Shown in pieces: positions 57,674 to 64,000 of a stretch of DNA of 64,000 nt (within the stretch, counting starts at the first letter, position 1; each line of letters starts with the position of its first letter). Location of the stretch: positions 32,001-96,000 of the forward strand of contig JAPLVR010000003.1 of the NCBI GenBank assembly GCA_026397015.1. The letters run 5' to 3'. The notes under the pieces were generated by a model. That model made no database searches. It had not been told where the DNA came from and saw nothing but the letters and a program-made list of their open reading frames with translations. Position numbers and translations under genes: made by a program. The DNA comes from Candidatus Iainarchaeum sp. (GTDB lineage: Archaea > Iainarchaeota > Iainarchaeia > Iainarchaeales > JAAZKV01).

Positions 57674-58231
57674 TTAACCGCAGTAGCCGTCAACGGTGTC
57701 GGTTTCTTTTTTCAATGCCTTTCCAAAGGAAATTCTGCAGCAGATTTCAACGCACCCCTGCGGCTGGCAGATATCGGAACCGTCAACGCTCACCATATCC
57801 TGACCGCAACCTGTCTGGCATGGAACGTCAGGATGATATGGTTTGCAAAGCGCATAAACTTCTGCTTCTACCGGTTGCTCAAATGTGATGGAAGACTTAT
57901 CATCGGAAATTTTTGCACCTGCCAAATTGGATTCGAAGTTGAAAGAAGCGGGGTCTTTTCCGGTGAGGGCTGAAAGGGCAGTTGACGTGTAACCCTTTCC
58001 GCTCGGAAAAAAAAGCGCCCGCGAAGATTCTATTACTTCTCCGCTCGGAGTATTGATTGCGGAGAGCACGAGCTCGTTAAATTCCTTGGTTGAAATGCTT
58101 GTTCTCATTTGCTGGAACTGATAAATTGCGGCAACAATTATTACGAGGACAACGAACATTATTATTGAGTCAACCATAAGTCTGAAAACGGCGCCGGCCT
58201 GCGCTTTTTCTTCAAAAAACAATTCCCTCAT
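57674..58231 (-). CDS. Type IV pilin-like protein with Cys-rich C-terminus
   Basis: EEKA|QAGAVFRLMVDSIIMFVVLVII and C-terminal C...ICC like the two paralogous pilins. Confidence 0.85.
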   Translation of the reverse strand: MRELFFEEKAQAGAVFRLMVDSIIMFVVLVIIVAAIYQFQQMRTSISTKEFNELVLSAINTPSGEVIESSRALFFPSGKGYTSTALSALTGKDPASFNFESNLAGAKISDDKSSITFEQPVEAEVYALCKPYHPDVPCQTGCGQDMVSVDGSDICQPQGCVEICCRISFGKALKKETDTVDGYCG

Positions 58232-58266
58232 AAAAGCACCGACCATTGTTTCCAAATTTTCTCCAT

Positions 58267-60699
58267 TCAGCCCTGCGTGAGTATCATCGAAATCATCGTA
58301 TTCCCTGCGTAAACCGTTGCAACGAAAACGAGCACCGCGATTGGCAGCGCCTTTGCCAGATTTATCTTGAAAAGCAAATCGTTGTCCTCCTGTATTTTTG
58401 TGGTAAAGTAAATCATTATTATCACAATTTCGGCGACATAAATTCCTATTATCAGGAGGAATGCCAGCGGCGTTGCAAAGGTTTTGAAAACCGCGGGCTT
58501 AATGTCAAACATCGCCCCGATATTTGTGAGCGAGGTAACGTTGCTGCCCGCAACATTTGTAGTAGCATCCGTGGCGATGTTTGGCGCAACCGGATCCGAT
58601 ACCAAACCCGCAAGAGTATTAAGCACAACTTTTTGAAGCGCAACAGTTATTCCAAGAACGATTGGCGCAATAAAAATCGCCATGGTCTGCATGGTCGTTG
58701 TAACTTCCGAAACAAGGTCCTTCAAACCCTTATTTACCTTGTCAATGTTGTCCATCTGCAATGAGAGGCTCATCAGCGTACGCGAAGCGACTTCAACACC
58801 GAGTGAAACCGAATCAACAAGCAGGCGCATCGCAGTATTCAGTGTGTCGGAAGGAATGCCTTTCATCGCGCCGTAAACAGGGCTGAATACCGCGGTTTCA
58901 AGCGGCATCCCCATAAGTTCAATATTTTCAAGCGTTTTTGCAAAAATCCTTTCGCTCACTTTTAAATTAGGAAGAAAATTTTTTGCATGCTTCAGGGCAT
59001 TTTCAACCGGCTTATTTTCACCCATTCTCGAAGCGATGAGATACATGGATTCCTTGAATTCGTCCTCCATCTGCATTATTTCCAGCTGGGCCTTCCTTTT
59101 GTAAATATTTCTGTAATAGAGGAGGAAGGACGCGCCGCACGCAATTGTAATCATTGCGCCGAGCCAAAAAACGTATTTGGTAGGATCGTTTTTCGGATTG
59201 CTTGTTAATGTCAGGAAGCTTTTCGCGACCATCGCATCCGCCATATCATCTTCGAATCCGTTTTGTTTCAGCTGGGCAAAATATGCTCCCTTGGTAGAAT
59301 CCGAAATATCGAAAAAATAAAGGTCGATTACTTTTTTGCCGTAATAATCAGGCGACTTGTTCTCCGCCGCCAAAACCTCTTCAAGCGTTTTATCGGCGGG
59401 AATTATCTGAAAGTTCGTTCCCTCTTCGTTTGTTGATAAAAATAAAAATTTTGGCGGAAGCCCCTGCGTCGAAACAAAAAAAGAAATTCCCAACCCGATT
59501 ACAAGAATTAAAACAAAAACCAATCTTGTGTCGATTGAGCCGCCGCTTGTTCTCATGTGCCACTTCTTCGGCAGGCCCATATAGTCGTCATTTATTATGG
59601 GAGGCTCGTATGTCGGCGGCCTTCGCTGAACAACCCCTTTCGCAAAACTGAATGCAACAAAAGGAAGGACTCCGCAAAAAGCTATGAGCAAAATTTCCGG
59701 GCGCGAAAAGGGCTGTCCGGAAAAAGCCGAGCCGACTGGCAGAATTATTATGAGCAAAAGCGGAAGCAATACGCCCATATAGAAAAGCATTATTGAAGGC
59801 TGGTTGAGGCTTCGCGCGTAATCCTCCATTTTGCCTTTTACACTGTCCAAAACCTGCGACATTGTTTTGTCCAGCAGCTGGTATCTGCGCGATTCGCTCG
59901 GCTCCATTACGGAGGCGCGTATCCTCATCAGTGCCTCCTTCAACTCGGAAGAATATTTCCCCCAATTGTAAGCCAACGCATCAAGTCCTTCGCTAACGGA
60001 ACCATAAACCCCAATTTGAAAATCCCACAGCACTTTCTTGAAATCTTTTGCGACTTTTCCCCTTCCGTGTTTTGCGGAAAACTCAATTGATTTTTCCAGA
60101 TTTGGGACGAGCTTCATTGACATTATCATATAGCCGACAATCTGGGGAACGTATGTGAGCGCCTTGTTTTTTTCCGCGTCCGCAATCACAATCGGATAAT
60201 TATAAATGTAATAAATTATCAACCCCGTAAAGCCGAAAAGAACCCCTGCAAGCATCAAAAAAGTTGTGTTAGTATCGCCGCCGAACATTTCGAAAAGCGG
60301 TTGAGAGTATCCTATTATTTGGTAGGTATTGTACTCGGGACTTATTTGGAACCCGACGCCGAAAAGATACGCTAAAACCAGCACAACAATTATCGGAAAA
60401 AGCGCTGTTGTAAAAGTTCCTTTTATTCCCGCCGCAAATTCGCCGGCAGTGAGTCGCCATCCCAAAAAATTTATTGCCTCCTGGTGCTTTTCCGAAAACA
60501 ATGCCCCTTTTCCAAGGGAAGGATTTTTTTTGTACAACTGCTTGCAGTATTTCACAAAATCGTTGTCCTGCTCAACAACGGATTTGCCGCCCTCATCGTC
60601 GAAGGAAATGTCGCCGAGAGAAGTTATTTTGCTGTAAAGCTGGCCGGGGCTGGCCTCCGGCCCGTATTTATCCCTCAACTCTTTTTTTTTCGACGCCAT
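58267..60699 (-). CDS. Large (810 aa) ArlJ/TadC-like pilus platform protein with two T2SSF-like halves
   Basis: LVPNLEKSIEF...GSVSEGL and MGENKPVENAL...MGMPLETA repeats, multiple TMs, directly downstream of the ATPase. Confidence 0.85.
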   Translation of the reverse strand: MASKKKELRDKYGPEASPGQLYSKITSLGDISFDDEGGKSVVEQDNDFVKYCKQLYKKNPSLGKGALFSEKHQEAINFLGWRLTAGEFAAGIKGTFTTALFPIIVVLVLAYLFGVGFQISPEYNTYQIIGYSQPLFEMFGGDTNTTFLMLAGVLFGFTGLIIYYIYNYPIVIADAEKNKALTYVPQIVGYMIMSMKLVPNLEKSIEFSAKHGRGKVAKDFKKVLWDFQIGVYGSVSEGLDALAYNWGKYSSELKEALMRIRASVMEPSESRRYQLLDKTMSQVLDSVKGKMEDYARSLNQPSIMLFYMGVLLPLLLIIILPVGSAFSGQPFSRPEILLIAFCGVLPFVAFSFAKGVVQRRPPTYEPPIINDDYMGLPKKWHMRTSGGSIDTRLVFVLILVIGLGISFFVSTQGLPPKFLFLSTNEEGTNFQIIPADKTLEEVLAAENKSPDYYGKKVIDLYFFDISDSTKGAYFAQLKQNGFEDDMADAMVAKSFLTLTSNPKNDPTKYVFWLGAMITIACGASFLLYYRNIYKRKAQLEIMQMEDEFKESMYLIASRMGENKPVENALKHAKNFLPNLKVSERIFAKTLENIELMGMPLETAVFSPVYGAMKGIPSDTLNTAMRLLVDSVSLGVEVASRTLMSLSLQMDNIDKVNKGLKDLVSEVTTTMQTMAIFIAPIVLGITVALQKVVLNTLAGLVSDPVAPNIATDATTNVAGSNVTSLTNIGAMFDIKPAVFKTFATPLAFLLIIGIYVAEIVIIMIYFTTKIQEDNDLLFKINLAKALPIAVLVFVATVYAGNTMISMILTQG

Positions 60700-60768
60700 T
60701 CAAAAACCCGAAATAATTTTATTTTATTTTTTTTATTTTTTTTTTTGCAAAAATAATTTTTTGTTTAT

Positions 60769-63075
60769 TTATTCTTCTTCTTTTTTCTTTCCTTCTTCTT
60801 TTTCGCTGCTGAACCGCGGAATCGCAACAGTATTTACCCAGTTCTTCCACTGGCCGAGCAATTGCTCGTAGTTCGCCTTGCCTTCTTCCTCAATCATAAT
60901 TTCTTTCATAAGAAGCAATTTGTTGGAACAGAGAGAAGTGCACTCGGCTTCAAGCAGGCTCGGAAGCTTCAATTTGTTTTTTTGCTCCACGAGGAAGAGC
61001 TTTGCATTCCCCCTAAGCCTTATGTCTTCCCAGATTTCATTGACCGTCATGCCCGAAGTTTTTTGGACCTTCTGCAGCAACTCGCTTTCCTTTAAATTGT
61101 CTTCCATTAATTCGAGAGAATCTTTTGCGGCGTCATAGCTCATCAGAGAAAGCAGCCCGCCTTCGCGCTCGGGGTCATCGTTCCAGTGCTTCTTTATTTC
61201 GGTAATTTCAACAACACGCCTGACTCTTTGGGAGCTTCCCTTAAATCTTATCGGCCTTGCAACGACAACCAAATCCGTCGCCTTAAAGGAAGTGGTCGGA
61301 ACTTCCAAATCATTTACAACACGGTCCCAAACGGAGTAAGCGGAATCCGCGTGAATGGTTCCGAGAACAACATTTCCGGCGGCGCCGATTCTCATTGCTT
61401 CGTACAAAACTTTTGCTTCTTTGGACCTTACTTCTCCGATTATCAGCGCGGAATCACCCAGACGCAGCGCCGTTCTCAGCGCTTCTTCCGGCGCAACTTC
61501 TGTTTCGGTTTTTGAAACGCTAATCGGGCTCCTTGTTTTCAGGCGCTGAATATTGAAGCCGACTTCTTTCATGTAATCAATCGGAAGTTCAAGTGTGTCT
61601 TCCTGAACTATTATTCTCGAGTTCATCGGGATTTCAAGCATGACTGCACTGAGAAGGGAAGTTTTTCCCGAACCCCTTGAACCGGCAATAAGTGTTGTCG
61701 CCTGCATATCGGTAAAAAAACTAAGCAACCCTGCCGCAAGAGGGTTGATGTAATTTACATCTACAAATTGTTCAAGCGTCCACGGAGTTATTTTGTGCAA
61801 TCTGAAAGCGAAGGCGGAACCGGAAGGAGAAAGAGGCGGGCCGATTAAAGCGACTCTCGAATCCAAATCAGGAAGGTCGAAATCGAGGACAGGATGCGCC
61901 TCGTCAAAAGGCCTGGCGGACATTGCCCTCATTTTTGAAATCAGCGAATTTGCCTCGTTTTCCGTAAAAGTAACATTTGTCTGGCACTGGCCATAATCCG
62001 CATGAACGACATAAATCGGCTTTCCCCCGATTGGCGCGTCAATATAAATGTCGGTGAGCTTCCTGTCATTCAAAAGAACTTCAAGTATCCCATAACCTAC
62101 CGTGTAGCGCGCAACGACCTGGCCGAGCGCAACCATTTCCTCCGGCGTCAAACGAACTTTATAATATTCCGCGATTTCCTTTATTGTGGATTCGTACATT
62201 CTCTCAAAATATCTGCGCGAAGTCGCAACTGTGCTCAGCGAAGTTTTTCCGGGCTTGTAAGTCGCAACTATTTCACGCGTCTTGCTTAAAACAAAATACT
62301 TGTCGGGCGCAAGCGAATACTCCGGCGGATTTACGAAATAAATTTTTTCAAGTTTATCAGGCTTGGAAAAAATTTGAACTGTTGTGTCCTTTACACCATA
62401 CTCGTCAAGAATTTCGAGGTTCTCCATTCCGGCGAAAGAAAGTTTTGAACCGATGAAACTCGGCTTTATTTCCGCCTCAAAAATTCCTTTGTAAATTACT
62501 TTCGTATCCGGCATTTCCGCCAATTCCGTAAGCAATTTTTTTGCCTTCTGCACAAGCACCGTTTTGTCAAATTCCTGTTTTACCCGCACAAGCGAATCAA
62601 GGTAAGGCTCAGTGCACTCCGCGTATTCTTCGCTGCCCTGCTTTATTTTTTCCTGCTCTTTCCTTAATTCGTTCAACAATGTGAGGTAGGAAAGAATCGG
62701 GTCGAAATTAATGAGGTCATTTGCGATGCGCACCATCACCTGGTGCCTTTCCGGAAAGTACTGTTCGCATTCTTTTGCGGGCTTTCCCAAATGGGAGTAA
62801 CTCCAAACGCTTTCCACGTGAAACTTCTGGGAAAGGTTTGCGATTTCCATCAAAATTTTTGTCGGCTCTTCCTCATAAACCCTTTCATAAACCTCCGCCA
62901 AAACAATCCTGTCTGCCTCAACATCCTGAAGGGTTTTCAAAACGTGAAAGCGGCAGTGATGGTCATCCGCTATTGTCGCGGAATAAACACAATTCTTACA
63001 GTCGAAAATCAGCGCGCGCTTTCCGCCGATATCCCTCACGGTGTATTCTCCAACCTTAAAACCGCCAATCTTCAT
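60769..63075 (-). CDS. Type II/IV secretion (VirB11/ArlI-like) ATPase with a long Cys/His-rich N-terminal extension
   Basis: Walker A GSRGSGKTS, QEDTLE, LRLGDSALIIGEVRS, GTIHADS. N-terminal DCKNC...HHCRFH. Confidence 0.95.
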   Translation of the reverse strand: MKIGGFKVGEYTVRDIGGKRALIFDCKNCVYSATIADDHHCRFHVLKTLQDVEADRIVLAEVYERVYEEEPTKILMEIANLSQKFHVESVWSYSHLGKPAKECEQYFPERHQVMVRIANDLINFDPILSYLTLLNELRKEQEKIKQGSEEYAECTEPYLDSLVRVKQEFDKTVLVQKAKKLLTELAEMPDTKVIYKGIFEAEIKPSFIGSKLSFAGMENLEILDEYGVKDTTVQIFSKPDKLEKIYFVNPPEYSLAPDKYFVLSKTREIVATYKPGKTSLSTVATSRRYFERMYESTIKEIAEYYKVRLTPEEMVALGQVVARYTVGYGILEVLLNDRKLTDIYIDAPIGGKPIYVVHADYGQCQTNVTFTENEANSLISKMRAMSARPFDEAHPVLDFDLPDLDSRVALIGPPLSPSGSAFAFRLHKITPWTLEQFVDVNYINPLAAGLLSFFTDMQATTLIAGSRGSGKTSLLSAVMLEIPMNSRIIVQEDTLELPIDYMKEVGFNIQRLKTRSPISVSKTETEVAPEEALRTALRLGDSALIIGEVRSKEAKVLYEAMRIGAAGNVVLGTIHADSAYSVWDRVVNDLEVPTTSFKATDLVVVARPIRFKGSSQRVRRVVEITEIKKHWNDDPEREGGLLSLMSYDAAKDSLELMEDNLKESELLQKVQKTSGMTVNEIWEDIRLRGNAKLFLVEQKNKLKLPSLLEAECTSLCSNKLLLMKEIMIEEEGKANYEQLLGQWKNWVNTVAIPRFSSEKEEGKKKEEE

Positions 63076-63201
63076 TAAACGACACCAATCGGGCAAGCTG
63101 CCAGAGACGAGGCAAATGCCGTTAGAATATATATTAAAGAAATATAAAAGGTTTCGTAGAGGTTTTTTGGCAAAAAAACATTACTATCAAGTACTAAATA
63201 T

Positions 63202-63828
63202 TTGGGGCGCAAGCATTATTCTGGCACGGTTTATCCAAATTGGATTTTGGCGAAAAAAATCGAAATTTACGGCGTGCCGGCGGCTTACATCATCGAAAAG
63301 GCCGCAAAAAAGCCCGGCAAAAATCAAAATGCCGCCGCACACGAACGGAAAACATTTATAAATACCGCAAGAGAAGAATGTGTTATGCGCGGAAGAAAAA
63401 GAACACAAAGGATGCCGATGGCGGCGGGGCCGCACTCTTTCAGGGGAATTATCAATCCCGCCGTTGCGCGAAAAATGAAATTAAAAAAAGCAATAAAGCT
63501 GCAGAAAAAAAAGATCGGGCGGAAGATTGGGCGCATAATTGCAATGACTGAATACAATCCAACAGTTGAAAAAATGAGGCAAAGACCGGAAAAAAAGCAG
63601 GGCGGGATGGAAAAATTTGAAAAAATCGAGAAGCTGGCCAGGGAAATCGAGGGGGCAAAGGGAGAGCTTGACTATTACAAAAACGCCATGGAAGGGGCGA
63701 AAGAGGATTACGCGGAAATGATGCGCAGGCGGAGGAAGCTTCTGCCCATACGGCTGAGTTTTGCGCCAAAAAAAGTGCGTGCAAGGTACCTCAGAATGGG
63801 GGAGCGCGGCAAAGGGAAAAAAGCGTAA
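63202..63828 (+). CDS. Hypothetical highly basic protein with a coiled-coil segment
   Basis: Long K/R-rich ORF with codon style like its neighbours. The start is uncertain (TTG ~63247 is plausible). Confidence 0.55.
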   Translation: MGRKHYSGTVYPNWILAKKIEIYGVPAAYIIEKAAKKPGKNQNAAAHERKTFINTAREECVMRGRKRTQRMPMAAGPHSFRGIINPAVARKMKLKKAIKLQKKKIGRKIGRIIAMTEYNPTVEKMRQRPEKKQGGMEKFEKIEKLAREIEGAKGELDYYKNAMEGAKEDYAEMMRRRRKLLPIRLSFAPKKVRARYLRMGERGKGKKA

Positions 63829-63906
63829 AAAGGCGCGCAAGAAAGGCCGAAAGGCCCAGAACAGCCGTACGAAAAAAATGCAACAACAAATTAGGCAGTG
63901 AAAAAA

Positions 63907-64000
63907 ATGGGTAGCATTGAAAGGGCGCTTTTTTCCGCCTTTAAAAATGACGGGGTTCTTCCGGAGCACCAAAAGTCAATACTCGGTTTTCTTGAAAGGC
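63907..64000 (+). CDS. 5' fragment of an ORF running off the window
   Basis: MGSIERALFSAFKNDGVLPEHQKSILGFLER..., open to the window end. Confidence 0.4.
   Translation, partial: MGSIERALFSAFKNDGVLPEHQKSILGFLER

Noticed and set aside
60700-60768. Long T/A-rich spacer between the ATPase and platform genes
   Set aside because: It is low complexity with no definable structure.
53332-63075. Archaellum operon
   Set aside because: There is no archaellin-type GIGTLIxFIA N-terminus and no ArlH/F/G genes. The subunits are Cys-rich pilin-like proteins.

Overview
This is an archaeal chromosome segment, most likely from a DPANN lineage. Candidatus Iainarchaeota/Diapherotrites-like is an inference. The evidence is TATA promoters and many apparently leaderless genes, GGTGA ribosome-binding sites, a tRNA with bulge-helix-bulge (BHB) introns, PAC2, geranylgeranyl reductase and class III signal peptides. 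The window has three blocks. (1) 1-29.2 kb is a strand-scrambled surface-glycan locus with GT2/GT4/GT-C glycosyltransferases, a flippase, GtrA, nucleotide-sugar enzymes, 5 class I methyltransferases and FemAB. It also carries two cobalamin-dependent radical SAM enzymes, one abutting a lone CbrT/BtuM-like ECF S-component. (2) 29.2-41.5 kb holds housekeeping and surface genes: mtnP, a 926-aa surface protein rich in D-x-N motifs, GGR, tRNA-Gln(CTG) with two introns, uppS, a Cys-rich lipoprotein with a gingipain (C25)-like domain, rubrerythrin, ogg and a frameshifted epimerase. (3) 41.5-63.1 kb has two convergent type IV pilus-like motors flanking an array of 8 pilin-like genes and a 1563-aa membrane-anchored protein, a candidate host-attachment/contact machine. 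All calls come from reading motifs by eye; no searches were run.
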